Assembly (NCBI GenBank): GCA_038227875.1
Contig: JBBRPR010000008.1
Coordinates: 128,001 to 192,000, forward strand
Direction: 5' to 3'
Length of the DNA stretch: 64,000 nucleotides
DNA from: Planctomycetota bacterium
Lineage (GTDB): Bacteria; Planctomycetota; SZUA-567; H5-PLA8
Shown: one piece after another, positions 48,372 to 58,488 of the stretch
Layout of the letters: every line of letters starts with the position of its first letter
How positions within the stretch are numbered: the first letter of the stretch is position 1
The notes under the pieces: generated by a model
The model's database searches: none
Told to the model about the DNA's origin: nothing
Seen by the model: the letters and a program-made list of their open reading frames with translations, nothing else
Translations under genes and position numbers: made by a program

Positions 48372-49802
48372 TCAAACCACCTGCAACAACAACCCCTTCA
48401 GATATCGTCCCTGGTCGAATCCGGGCGGAACGGCGTGATCGGGGCCGGGACCGCGGCGGTCGAGAAGTACAGCGCGGCGGCCGGTGGAGCGGAGCGCGGC
48501 GGCGACGGTGCGTTCGAAATCGATCTCCGAAACGCTGCCGGAGCAGGAGCAGGTGAACAGCAATCCCCCGGGCGCGAGCAGGCGCACAGCTTGCGCGTTC
48601 AGGTCGCGATAGCCGGAAAGGGCTTGCGGTACCGAGTCGCGCGTGCGCGCGAACTTCGGCGGGTCGAGGACGATCAGGTCGTACTGGCGGCCGGCTTCGC
48701 GCAGGTGCTTGAAGCCTTCGTTCCATTCGGTGTTGACCAGGTCGCCGTCGTCGATGCCGTTGTGTTCGAGATTCAGTTTCGCCAGTTCCAGCGCCTCTTC
48801 GCTCGATTCAATCAGCGTGATGCTCTTGGCGCCGGCCTTGGCGGCGTGGAGTGCGAAGCCGCCGCTGTAGCTGAAGACGTCGAGCACGTTCCGATCAGGC
48901 GCGAAGGAGGCGATGTAGCGGCGGTTTTCGCGCTGATCGAGATAGAGCCCGGTTTTCTGGCTCTGTCCGGGGCGCAGGTCGCAGCTCATTTCGACGGTGT
49001 GTTCGCGCACGAAGAACGGCGCATCCGGCGCCTTGCCGCGCAGCGGACCCTGGCGCGTGGGTGAGAGCTTTTCGATCTGGCGCGATTTGGCGTCGCTGCG
49101 GTCGAGAATTCCGGCCGGGTGGAGCAGGTCTTCGAGAATGTCGAGAATGTCGTCCTCGCGGCGGTCCATGCCGACGGTGCCGACCTGCACGGTGATGTAG
49201 TCGCCGTAGACATCGACGGTCAGTCCGCCGAGTCCGTCGCCTTCGGAATTGATCAGGCGGTACGCGGTGGTGCCGGAGAGTGTCGCGGGCGCGGCGGACA
49301 GCGGAGCACCTTTGAGCAGCGCGTCCTTCTTTTTGCGGAGTTCCGCGGTCTCTTCCAGCGCGTCCATACCGTACTGCTTGGCGAATTCCTGGATGCCGCT
49401 GATCTGCTTGTCGAGTTCTTCAAGCTGGTCCTGATCTTTGGTGCTGATGTTCGCGCTGGCCTGCACGCCCCGGACGACGCCAAGGCCAAGGACATCCCGG
49501 CGCAAGCGATACGCTTCGCCAATGCGCGTTTTCAGGAAGTCGGTGGTGATGGCGGTGTCGGCGCGGGTGAGGATTCGCACGGCGATCGCGGAATCCGGCG
49601 AGTAGAAGCCGCGGCCCAGGCAGGTGCCGCGATCGTCGACGATGCGGACTTCGTCGCCCGGAGCGGCTTTGGGGCCGTCGATGCCGGCGACAGCCTCGGC
49701 GAAGACCCAGGGATGGCCGGCGTGAATCGGTTTGGCGACGCCTTTTTTCAGGTGGGCGGTCGGCACGCGTTCGGCGCGCGGGATTGGGAATTGTTCGCTC
49801 AC
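48372..49802 (-). CDS. rlmI: RlmI/RlmK-like class I SAM-dependent rRNA methyltransferase with internal insertion
   Basis: PUA GHPWVF, YRLINSEGDGLGGL.VD, QKTGLYLDQRENR, VLDVFSYSGGF, LDPPKF, TCSCS, YLK; GTG 49802 with AAGGA upstream. Confidence 0.85.
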   Translation of the reverse strand: MSEQFPIPRAERVPTAHLKKGVAKPIHAGHPWVFAEAVAGIDGPKAAPGDEVRIVDDRGTCLGRGFYSPDSAIAVRILTRADTAITTDFLKTRIGEAYRLRRDVLGLGVVRGVQASANISTKDQDQLEELDKQISGIQEFAKQYGMDALEETAELRKKKDALLKGAPLSAAPATLSGTTAYRLINSEGDGLGGLTVDVYGDYITVQVGTVGMDRREDDILDILEDLLHPAGILDRSDAKSRQIEKLSPTRQGPLRGKAPDAPFFVREHTVEMSCDLRPGQSQKTGLYLDQRENRRYIASFAPDRNVLDVFSYSGGFALHAAKAGAKSITLIESSEEALELAKLNLEHNGIDDGDLVNTEWNEGFKHLREAGRQYDLIVLDPPKFARTRDSVPQALSGYRDLNAQAVRLLAPGGLLFTCSCSGSVSEIDFERTVAAALRSTGRRAVLLDRRGPGPDHAVPPGFDQGRYLKGLLLQVV

Positions 49803-49884
49803 GTGGAGATCCTTGCAGCCCGGTGACAAAACCGTTGACCTGCGCTCGAAACGCCTCAACTGGCGATTCTTACGCCTCTTGTTC

Positions 49885-49928
49885 AAAAAATAAAAAGGGG
49901 AAAGGCCGTGAGCCTTCCCCCTTTTTTT
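49885..49928. terminator. Bidirectional intrinsic terminator
   Basis: AAAAAATAAAAAGGGGAAAGGC-CGTGA-GCCTTCCCCCTTTTTTT; A-tract and T-tract on either side. Confidence 0.8.
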
Positions 49929-49955
49929 CAGACAGCTTGAGCTCGGAATCGTCGC

Positions 49956-50144
49956 TTACTTGGCGGTGCCGGTGCCCGTTCCCGTGCTGGTGGTCACTGC
50001 GGTTACCGTGCCGGTAACGACAGTCGTGGCCGTACCCGTGGCCGTTGCTGTCACCGTGGCGGTCGTTGCCGGCTTCGCCGGTTCACCACAGCCAACTGCC
50101 GCGATCAGGCCCAACGTTGCGACGAACATACCAATCTTACGCAT
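49956..50144 (-). CDS. Small Thr-rich lipoprotein (62 aa)
   Basis: GGAGGAGG RBS; MRK + hydrophobic core + lipobox AVG-C; followed by its own terminator. Confidence 0.8.
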   Translation of the reverse strand: MRKIGMFVATLGLIAAVGCGEPAKPATTATVTATATGTATTVVTGTVTAVTTSTGTGTGTAK

Positions 50145-50595
50145 GCTTCCCCTCCTCCAAAGATTAACTGCAGTTTAACGACGCCCCACAACTCTGTTAA
50201 CGACTATCACGCGTGCCGAGGAGCCGCCGCGGGGCTCTGTTGGCTTGTTCTCACCTGAAAAGACTTTGCTTTGGTATTCAGAATTTTACCAGTGCTGGGC
50301 TGTGCTCGTTCCAATTCTAAAATGACTGCATGGGACTCAAACGGATAACAGGCGAAGTATATATCAGTCACTCTTGCCGATGTAAAATTCATTTTCCGCA
50401 AAGAACGGGCATTCACGGGAGTCCTATTCAGAACAGTTCTGGCGGGTGAAGTAATCGCACATTGTGGCGTAATCTAGTGGGCTTCAATTGAAGCCCAGTC
50501 GAAACAGATGTTTCCTCGAGGGTTGGCTTCCAGGAATTCCCAAAAAGCTTTCCCTTTTAATCACAGGATGGACGATCTATACTCTTAACCCTGCA

Positions 50596-53259
50596 ATGAT
50601 CACACGACTGCTCAACCTCCGCTTTCTGCGCATCCTCTCGGCTGGCCTGTGTCTGCTGATGCTCTCCTCCTGCTTTGAGGAGGCACGCAACGCCATTCCG
50701 TTTCTGCCACCGTCGCAATACGTGGTGGTGGGCGGACGCAAGCTGACGCGCACGGAAGTGGCGTACTACAAGAAGATCAAGGACTTAAGCTACGCGACGA
50801 AGATCAATCCGAAGGACGCCGTCGCGTTCAATGCCATCGGTGAACTGTTCCAGGCCAAGGGCAACTACAATCTGGCCAAGGAGCTGTACCTGAAGGCGAT
50901 CGACATCGATGCCACGCTCTCCCAGCCGCACTACAACCTCGGCTTGATCTACCTTTATGAGGACCGCTTTGCCGGCGCGACCGATGAATTGCTGAAAGCC
51001 CGCAAGCTCAGCCCCGACGACGCGCGCATTCGCCATCGGCTCGGGCAGGGACAGGCTGGATTGGCCAATTCGAAGGGTGCGCTGAAAGAGTACGACGAAG
51101 CCATCTCGCTCGACCCGGAATACACGCCTGCCTATCTGGAAAAGGCAAAGCTGCTCTACAGTCTGCGACGTTACGCGGAAGCGACGGCGACCTGCCGCGC
51201 GGCGCTGACCAAGGCGCCGAAGGTTGTCGCCGCCACCGTGGCGAAGGAAACCCGCGGACCAGGCATCATCGACAAATTCCTACCCACCGGCCAGGAAGAA
51301 GAAGCGCCCAAGACCTACCGGCAGGAAGCGGCGTATGACCTTGCACTGTGCCTGAAAGCTCAGGGCCAGTTCCGCGAAGCGCTGACGGTGCTGGTTCAGG
51401 CCGAGGACGCGCCCGTGGGCCAGGCGGACGTGCAGATGCTGAAAGCACGCTTGCTCGACGCGTCAGGCGACACGGCCACGGCGGTCACGACACTGACGAC
51501 GCTGCGCATCGCGTTCCCTGACATGGCCGAGATTCCCAAGCGCCTCTCGAAGCTTTATCAAAAATCCGGGCAGATGGATCTGGCGAGCAAAGCGCGGTTG
51601 GAAGCGGCGGAGCTCGATCATTCCGACCGTGAGTTGCAGGAAGAGGCCGCACGTTTCGCCGAGCAGAAGAAGGACACCGCGCGGCTGATCTCGATCTACG
51701 AACGCCTCGTCCGCGTGGATCCTGAGAATGTGAAGTACCGCCGGCAACTGGCCAAGGCGTACGACATCAACGGCATCAAGCGTTCGGCGGCGCTGGCCTA
51801 CCAGGAAATCGTCAACCGCGATCCCGACGACGTGGCGACGCGCCGCCGGCTGGGCATCCTCTACGCGGAACTGCCTGGATTTGCCGGACGCGCGCAGCTG
51901 CAGTTCAAGTTCGTGCTCGAAAAAACGCCCAACGATGCGGAAGTGCACCGCAAGCTGGGCGAACTGCTGCTCGGTTCGCCATCCACTTACGCGGAAGCGG
52001 AAAAGCACATCCAGGCGTCGCTGCAATTCAATCCCAACGACGCGCAGGCGTATCAGAATCTCGCCACGCTGCAGGGCGGGCAGCAGCGCTTCGAAGACGC
52101 CGTCGCCAACTACAAGAAGGCGCTGGTGATCGATCCGAAAATGGGCCTCGCGCAGATCAACCTCGCGAAAGTGCTGCTGACGCTGAAGCGCAACGAAGAA
52201 GCGCTGGTGCCGCTGAAAGGTTACCTCGCCGCGCACAACGACGACGAAGACGCTCACCGGTTGCTGGCGGTGGCGTATAGCGACCTGGGCCGCAAGGAAG
52301 ACGCGGTCAAGGAATACGAAAGGATCGACGCGATCAAGCCCGCGGAAGTTCAGTCGAAGATGGAACTCGCTTCGTTGCAGACCGGACTGGGCAAGCAGCG
52401 CGTGGCCGTCGGACTGTACGAAGCGATTCTCGAAAAACATCCCGCCGATTTGAACGCCCTACGCGAAGCCGGGCGGCTTTACGGCGAAATGAAAATGCCG
52501 CTGCGCGCCATTTACTGCTGGCAGCGCGTGCTGTCGCTGAAGTCCGGCGATCTGGAAGCGCAAGGCAAGCTGGCGGTGGAATACCGCGTGATCGGCGACG
52601 AAGAAGCAGCGCTCGTCCGCTACGAAGCCGTGGGCAAGTCCGGCGACGCCGAAGCGTGGAAGGCCGCAGCGTTTTTGCGCCTCAAGCGCAAGGAACGCGA
52701 CCAGGCCATCGAAGCGTTGCATGAAGCGCTGAAGATCAAAAATCAGGACGTCGAAGCGCGCCGCGAACTGGCGACGCTGCTGATGGGTTCGCAGAGCCCC
52801 GAAGAGAAAGACGAAGCGCTGCGCCTCTGCCAGGAACTCACGCAGCTCAACCCCAAGGACAACAAGGCGCATTTGAACCTGGCGAATCTGTACAGCGAAT
52901 TCAACCGCCTCTCGGAAGCGCAGGACGAATACGAAATCATCATCCGCGACGAACCGACGAACGTCGCTGCAAACCTGGGCGTCGGCGTGGTCTGGCGCAA
53001 GCGCGGGCAGTATCCGAAGGCGCTGGAGAGCTACAAGAAGGCGCTCGAAGCTGATCCGAAGGCCGCCGTCGTTCATTACAACATCGCTTTGACGTACGAT
53101 TTCTACATGAAGGACCCCGAGCAGGCGAAGGCGTATTATGCCAGCTACGTTAAGTGCGGCGGCGACCCGAAGAAGGTGCCTGACCTCTCTACGCCCGGCG
53201 ATGTGCCGCAGCGTTCGGCGGGGACGGAACCGAAACTTAAACCGCCGGCCGGCCGCTAA
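50596..53259 (+). CDS. Large TPR-repeat lipoprotein
   Basis: Lipobox LSS-C after ATG 50596; many TPRs (PHYNLGLIY, AYQNLA, AHLNLANLY, VHYNIA). Confidence 0.88.
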   Translation: MITRLLNLRFLRILSAGLCLLMLSSCFEEARNAIPFLPPSQYVVVGGRKLTRTEVAYYKKIKDLSYATKINPKDAVAFNAIGELFQAKGNYNLAKELYLKAIDIDATLSQPHYNLGLIYLYEDRFAGATDELLKARKLSPDDARIRHRLGQGQAGLANSKGALKEYDEAISLDPEYTPAYLEKAKLLYSLRRYAEATATCRAALTKAPKVVAATVAKETRGPGIIDKFLPTGQEEEAPKTYRQEAAYDLALCLKAQGQFREALTVLVQAEDAPVGQADVQMLKARLLDASGDTATAVTTLTTLRIAFPDMAEIPKRLSKLYQKSGQMDLASKARLEAAELDHSDRELQEEAARFAEQKKDTARLISIYERLVRVDPENVKYRRQLAKAYDINGIKRSAALAYQEIVNRDPDDVATRRRLGILYAELPGFAGRAQLQFKFVLEKTPNDAEVHRKLGELLLGSPSTYAEAEKHIQASLQFNPNDAQAYQNLATLQGGQQRFEDAVANYKKALVIDPKMGLAQINLAKVLLTLKRNEEALVPLKGYLAAHNDDEDAHRLLAVAYSDLGRKEDAVKEYERIDAIKPAEVQSKMELASLQTGLGKQRVAVGLYEAILEKHPADLNALREAGRLYGEMKMPLRAIYCWQRVLSLKSGDLEAQGKLAVEYRVIGDEEAALVRYEAVGKSGDAEAWKAAAFLRLKRKERDQAIEALHEALKIKNQDVEARRELATLLMGSQSPEEKDEALRLCQELTQLNPKDNKAHLNLANLYSEFNRLSEAQDEYEIIIRDEPTNVAANLGVGVVWRKRGQYPKALESYKKALEADPKAAVVHYNIALTYDFYMKDPEQAKAYYASYVKCGGDPKKVPDLSTPGDVPQRSAGTEPKLKPPAGR

Positions 53260-53271
53260 AATTGAGCTTTC

Positions 53272-53745
53272 ATGTCTGATTTCATCGAAGTTGGCCTGAT
53301 CATTCCCGCAAACCCCGACGCGGTCTGGAAAGTCGTCGCCGACTTTCAGCGCTTCGCGGAGTGGCTGCCGGTGAAGGCCGAGATCAAATTTCCCGACGGC
53401 ATGGAAGCGAAAGTCGGCGTGGTGGTTCAGGTCGAGCGCGAATCGGGGATGGGGCGCGTGCATTTCGAGCAGGTGTTCGACCGCGTCGATGCGCCGAAGT
53501 TGCTGGGTTGGTCCAATCGCAACGAGAGGCTGGGCGGCAAGCCGATCACGCAGATCAAGGAGTTCAAGACGGCGCTGACGCTCGATCCGACGGCCGATGG
53601 CAAGACGTTGTTGAAGATCCGCAGCGACTGGACACCCGTGGGAATGATGGGCGCAATGGCCAACAACTTCATGAAGCCGCGCCTGAAGCAGGAATACGAG
53701 GCGGCGTTGAAGAACATCGCGCGACTCGCGACGGCCACATCATGA
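53272..53745 (+). CDS. SRPBCC (START/polyketide cyclase-like) family protein
   Basis: IPANPDAVWKVVADF..FAEWLP; C-terminal helix ALKNI. Confidence 0.8.
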   Translation: MSDFIEVGLIIPANPDAVWKVVADFQRFAEWLPVKAEIKFPDGMEAKVGVVVQVERESGMGRVHFEQVFDRVDAPKLLGWSNRNERLGGKPITQIKEFKTALTLDPTADGKTLLKIRSDWTPVGMMGAMANNFMKPRLKQEYEAALKNIARLATATS

Positions 53746-54689
53746 CGAAAATCGCGGCGGTCTTTTTGGCGCTTCTCCTTTGCTGTGGAGTGCGAGCCGA
53801 GCAGTCGGTGGACGCGGCGGTGCGGGATCTGGGCGACGCGGACACACTGAAGCGCCTGGCCGCGACCGATACGATTCTCGCGGCCGGTGATGGCGCGCGG
53901 GCCGCGCTCGAAGCCGCGGCGAAGTCAGGATCCCCTGAAGTTAAAGCGCGTGTCGCGACGCTGCTCAAGGCAATCGAGGTCGAGCCGCAGCTGGAGAAAG
54001 CACTGTCGGGAATCACGACGGCCAAAACGCTGTCGTGTGACTTCGACGTCACGCGGACGAAGGGCGTCTTCAAAGGCCATTTCAGCGGCCACACGGATAG
54101 CGAGCGCTACCTCAGCGAGGTGAAAATCCCCACGCCGGCCGGCGACATCGACATGCATATCGTCGCCGACGGGACGAACGTCTGGTCCGAATGGGCGCAG
54201 CCGGCGGGCGAGAAGGTGGTGCAGAAGTTTCTAGCGGCGACCATGCTGAAGATGGGCTCGTCGCTCCATCTCAATCCCATCGATTGCCTCCACGACGTTC
54301 GCGCGCGCTATTGCTTCACCGACGTTCGTGCAGAGAAGGCTGGCGGCGCGGACTTGGTTGTGTTTGAAGGCGTGTTGAAGGACGGCGCACTTGACCGTCA
54401 GACGAAAGCGATCGAAGCGCTGGGCGGCCCGGCGATGGCGCGGGGCATGCGCGCCGAGCAGGAACTGGCGATCCGTGCGCGCATCACGTTCAACAAGGAC
54501 GCGCTGCAGAAAATCGAATTCATCGGCACGGGCAGCGAAGCGCGCTTCGCGCTGACGCTCAGCAACACGAAGTTGGGCGTGAAGCTCGACGAGAATAAAT
54601 TCAGCTACACGCCGCCGAAGGATCTTGAAATCTACGACATGGAAGAGCAACTCCGCACCACGCGCGAACATGACGGTGCGAAGCCGTAA
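53742..54689 (+). CDS. Secreted protein with N-terminal HEAT-like and C-terminal LolA-like domains
   Basis: ATGA overlap; signal peptide; LGDADTLKRLAA HEAT-like; IVADGTNVW and LDENKFSYTPP LolA-like motifs. Confidence 0.7.
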   Translation: MTKIAAVFLALLLCCGVRAEQSVDAAVRDLGDADTLKRLAATDTILAAGDGARAALEAAAKSGSPEVKARVATLLKAIEVEPQLEKALSGITTAKTLSCDFDVTRTKGVFKGHFSGHTDSERYLSEVKIPTPAGDIDMHIVADGTNVWSEWAQPAGEKVVQKFLAATMLKMGSSLHLNPIDCLHDVRARYCFTDVRAEKAGGADLVVFEGVLKDGALDRQTKAIEALGGPAMARGMRAEQELAIRARITFNKDALQKIEFIGTGSEARFALTLSNTKLGVKLDENKFSYTPPKDLEIYDMEEQLRTTREHDGAKP

Positions 54690-56207
54690 CTACTTCTTGA
54701 TCTCCGATGTGAACAGCCGCACCGGATTGTTCTGCTCCATCAACTTCTTAAATGATGCATGTTCGCGGTACGCGTCCATGTCCTGTTCGCGGACGAAGTA
54801 CTGGTACGTGTCGCCGGACGCGTCCATCTTCAGCGCGGCGGTCATGTGCTCCAGCATCTTGTCTTCGTCTTTCACATTGGCGAAATAGAAGGCCAGGCAG
54901 CGGTGCCAGTGGAGCTTATTGTCGCGCGGCTCTTCGAGCTTCGCGAACATCGCCTTGCCCTGTTCCTTCTTCCCCACGCGATCGTAGAGCACGGCCAGTT
55001 CAAGCTGGTTGTAGAAGCTTTCCGGATTCATCTTCAACGCCTGCTCGTACATGCGCACGGCGTCCTCGTTGCGGCGCGCTTCGGAGAACACACTGCCCAG
55101 CGCCGCGAAATTCTTCTCTTCCGGCCGGTTCTGCGCGACAAACACATAGAAGGGAATGGCCTTATCGAAATCGCGCTTGTGTCGATAAAGCAGGCCGACG
55201 AGCTTGGCCATCTGGATCTTCATGCCCTGCGGCGCTTCGTTGAAGTCCTCGCGGAGCAGCTCCAGCGCTTCGTCGATCTGGCCGCGCATCTCCAGGTAGC
55301 CGGCGTAGTAGATCTTCGACGACGCCCGCGCCCACGGTCCCGACGCGTTTTTCGCGATCGTTTCGAAAATGTCCTTCGCCTTTTCGATCTGTCCTTCGCG
55401 CATGCGGTACGAGGCTTCCTGCAAGAGCAGTGTCGGGCACTGTGGATCGGCGGCGCGCGCGGCGTCGAGGAACTTCCAGGCCTCGTCACGGCGGTCCAGG
55501 GAGTAGAGCACCGTCGACCAGAGCGAGCGCATATGCGCGCGGATTTGCGTGGCCGTGAGCGTGATCAGGAAGCGATTGGGCTCCAAGTCTTCCTCGGCGA
55601 GGTCGTAGCGTTCCATCAGCTTGTCGCGGCCGATCTCGATGCCTTTGTTCGTCGTCTCGATGTTGATCACCGTCTTACCGTCGTCCCAGCGCGCGAAGGC
55701 ATGTTCAGGGAGGAAGGTCATCACGATCGGCAGCTTCAGTTCCTGGCCGACGAGGTAGTAAAGCAGCGCCGTCGACGCGCAGTTTCCGCGATTCTTCAGC
55801 AGTGCCGACGTAAAGATGCTGTCGCGCCAGTATTTATTCGAGATGTAGGAGACTTCGCGGCCGAGCAGGATTTCCTGGTTGAGCACCGCAACGGTGGCTT
55901 CGGGCGTGAGCTTCTGATCGGGTTCTTTGGCTTTTGCGGCGTCGATTGAGGCGCGGATCTTGGCGGTCAGGTCTTTGAACGCGCGTCGGCAGGCGTCGGC
56001 GTCGGTATCGGGGTCCATTTGCTTGGATACGGCGAGGGCTTCATCGAAGAGCGGTATGTCAGGTCGGATACTTTCAGCGGAATGTGTGGCAAAGGCGATG
56101 AGGAGGAGCGGTGGGAGCCAGAGTCGTTGCGTGCCCCTTAATCGGTGTATTCCGATGGGCACGCGTGGTCTTGGCCGGGGTGGGCTGGGGCAGAGGCTCT
56201 GGCGCAT
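54690..56207 (-). CDS. Transglutaminase-like (SirB1/Transglut_core2) protein with TPR repeats
   Basis: RGNCASTALLY, LPEHAFARW, INIETT; C-terminal TPRs; start uncertain. Confidence 0.75.
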   Translation of the reverse strand: MRQSLCPSPPRPRPRVPIGIHRLRGTQRLWLPPLLLIAFATHSAESIRPDIPLFDEALAVSKQMDPDTDADACRRAFKDLTAKIRASIDAAKAKEPDQKLTPEATVAVLNQEILLGREVSYISNKYWRDSIFTSALLKNRGNCASTALLYYLVGQELKLPIVMTFLPEHAFARWDDGKTVINIETTNKGIEIGRDKLMERYDLAEEDLEPNRFLITLTATQIRAHMRSLWSTVLYSLDRRDEAWKFLDAARAADPQCPTLLLQEASYRMREGQIEKAKDIFETIAKNASGPWARASSKIYYAGYLEMRGQIDEALELLREDFNEAPQGMKIQMAKLVGLLYRHKRDFDKAIPFYVFVAQNRPEEKNFAALGSVFSEARRNEDAVRMYEQALKMNPESFYNQLELAVLYDRVGKKEQGKAMFAKLEEPRDNKLHWHRCLAFYFANVKDEDKMLEHMTAALKMDASGDTYQYFVREQDMDAYREHASFKKLMEQNNPVRLFTSEIKK

Positions 56208-56463
56208 GGCTCGATCCTCGCTGAAGTTGTGTGCGCGTCAGTTCATAAACTCACACTACATTGGTTTTCGTCTTGAGCTAGAACTATCACGAGTGCAACC
56301 TTCGCAATTGTAAAAATTTTTTTCAGAGTCGGGAGTTTTCCAGACGCCATGCTCATAAAGGGGAATTTATGGCGTTGGCTTGGTCAAAAATAATTCTTCC
56401 TTCTCTTTGCGATCACGGCGATCTCACTACACTCGGTGGTGTCCCATTGATTCGAGGAATTTA

Positions 56464-57009
56464 ATGGCTTCAGACGCACCTTTTCACGGCACGACCATCC
56501 TGGGTGTCAAACGCGGCAATACCGTCGCCCTCGGCGGCGATGGCCAGGTCACGCATGGCACGATTGTCCTCAAAGCAACCGCGCAGAAGATCCGCAAATT
56601 GAAGGGCGGTAGCGTCCTGACCGGTTTTGCCGGCTCAACGGCCGACGCCTTCAGCCTGCTCGAACGCTTCGAAGGAAAGCTCGACCATTTCAAAGGCAAC
56701 CTGCGCCGCGCGGCGGTGGAGCTGGCCAAGGAATGGCGCACGGACCGGGCCCTGCGGCGTCTCGACGCCATGCTCGTGGCCGCCGACCGTGAGGCGATCA
56801 TCCTGCTGACCGGGCAGGGCGATGTCGTGGAGCCCGACGACGGCGTAATCGGGATCGGCTCCGGCGGCGCGTATGCGCTTTCGGCAGCGCGCGCGCTGAT
56901 CAAGCATTCCAAACTCTCACCCAAGCAGATCGTCGAGGAGTCGCTGAAAGAGGCGGCGGCGCTCTGCATTTACACCAACAGCAACTTTGTCATCGAAGAG
57001 ATCGCGTAA
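56464..57009 (+). CDS. hslV: ATP-dependent protease peptidase subunit HslV
   Basis: [42 protein letters not shown]. Confidence 0.96.
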   Translation: MASDAPFHGTTILGVKRGNTVALGGDGQVTHGTIVLKATAQKIRKLKGGSVLTGFAGSTADAFSLLERFEGKLDHFKGNLRRAAVELAKEWRTDRALRRLDAMLVAADREAIILLTGQGDVVEPDDGVIGIGSGGAYALSAARALIKHSKLSPKQIVEESLKEAAALCIYTNSNFVIEEIA

Positions 57010-57012
57010 CGA

Positions 57013-58452
57013 ATGGTAAAAAGCCAGAGCCCCGAAACCGTCCCAGAATCCGCCGGTGTGATGATCGCCGACGCCTCCAACCTGACGCCGCGGCAGATTG
57101 TCGCGGAGCTCGACCGCTACATCGTCGGTCAGGCCGCCGCCAAGCGCGCAGTCGCCATCGCGCTGCGCAACCGCTGGCGCCGGAAAAAGCTCGACCCGGC
57201 GATCCAGAACGAAGTTGCGCCCAAGAACATCCTGATGATCGGACCCACCGGCGTCGGCAAGACGGAAATCGCGCGGCGCCTGGCGTCGCTGGCGGGCGCG
57301 CCGTTCGTGAAAGTCGAAGCGACGCGCTACACGGAAGTCGGCTACCACGGCCGCGACGTCGAAAGCATGATCCGCGATCTGGTCAAGCAGGCGATCAACA
57401 TGACGCAGATGAAGGCGCAGGCCGACGTCCGCGTCAAAGCCGTCGACGCCGCGGAAGAACGGCTGCTGGATCTGTTGCTCCCCGCGCCCAGCTCCTGGTC
57501 GGGCGACAAGGACAAAGAAAAGGATAAGGATAAAGAAAAGGACAAGGACAGCGGTAGTGCGGCCGAGCTGCATGAAAAGACGCGCAACAAACTCCGCAAG
57601 AAGCTGCGCGACGGCTCGCTGGACGCGCGCGAAGTTGAACTGGACGTCGCCGCCAGCGGCGATGCCGTCGCCGGAGTTTTCGCGCCCGCGATGGGTGAAG
57701 AGATGGGCGCGGAGTTGCAGGACGCGCTGTCGAAGATGATGCCCAAGCGCACCAAGCGCCGCAAGATTACCGTGGCCGAAGCGCGCCGAATTCTGGAAGT
57801 CGAGGAAGCCGAGCGCCTGATCGACCAGGACGCGGTGACCAAGCAGGCCATTGACGCGGCGGAAAACCTGGGCATCGTTTTCATCGACGAAATCGACAAG
57901 GTCGCCGGCAGCGGCCGTGGAGCCGGGCCGGATGTTTCGCGCGAAGGCGTGCAGCGCGATTTGCTACCGATCGTGGAAGGCGCGTCTGTCAGCACGCGCT
58001 GGGGGCTGATCAAGACCGATCACATTCTATTCGTGGCCGCGGGCGCGTTTCACATGTCCAAGCCCAGCGATCTGCTGCCGGAATTGCAGGGCCGCTTTCC
58101 CATTCGCGTCGAGCTGCAGGACCTGACGGAAGAAGATTTCCGCCGGATTCTCACCGCGCCGAGAAATGCGCTGACCAAACAGTATGCTGCGCTGTTGGGT
58201 ACGGAAGGCATCGAGCTGGTTTTTGCCGACGATGCGGTCTCCGCAATGGCGCGTATCGCCGCGACGGCGAACTCGCGCGGACAGAACATCGGCGCGCGGC
58301 GGCTCCATACGGTGATGGAGAAACTGCTGGAAGACATCAGTTTCGATGCCGCCGGCGGCGAACCGCGCAAGATCGTGGTCGATGCCAAGCTGGTCGAGGA
58401 GCGGCTCAAGCCGATTCTCGAAGACGAGGACCTGGCGAAGTACATTCTGTAA
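57013..58452 (+). CDS. hslU: ATP-dependent protease ATPase subunit HslU
   Basis: LTPRQIV.ELD, GPTGVGKTE, FIDEIDK, VSREGVQRDLLP, ELQGRFP, NIGARRL. Confidence 0.97.
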   Translation: MVKSQSPETVPESAGVMIADASNLTPRQIVAELDRYIVGQAAAKRAVAIALRNRWRRKKLDPAIQNEVAPKNILMIGPTGVGKTEIARRLASLAGAPFVKVEATRYTEVGYHGRDVESMIRDLVKQAINMTQMKAQADVRVKAVDAAEERLLDLLLPAPSSWSGDKDKEKDKDKEKDKDSGSAAELHEKTRNKLRKKLRDGSLDAREVELDVAASGDAVAGVFAPAMGEEMGAELQDALSKMMPKRTKRRKITVAEARRILEVEEAERLIDQDAVTKQAIDAAENLGIVFIDEIDKVAGSGRGAGPDVSREGVQRDLLPIVEGASVSTRWGLIKTDHILFVAAGAFHMSKPSDLLPELQGRFPIRVELQDLTEEDFRRILTAPRNALTKQYAALLGTEGIELVFADDAVSAMARIAATANSRGQNIGARRLHTVMEKLLEDISFDAAGGEPRKIVVDAKLVEERLKPILEDEDLAKYIL

Positions 58453-58488
58453 CCGCGCCGCTGATTGTTCACGCGGCAGGAGCGCAAC

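Noticed and set aside
46310..50144. RiPP (lasso-like) cluster made of AsnB plus the Thr-rich peptide
   Set aside because: AsnB keeps the N-terminal Cys glutaminase domain; no B1/B2 leader peptidase or RRE; the peptide has a lipoprotein signal and is separated by a terminator and rlmI
57505..57550. DKDKEKDKDKEKDKD tract in HslU
   Set aside because: Low-complexity expansion in the variable I-domain loop; no evidence of special function
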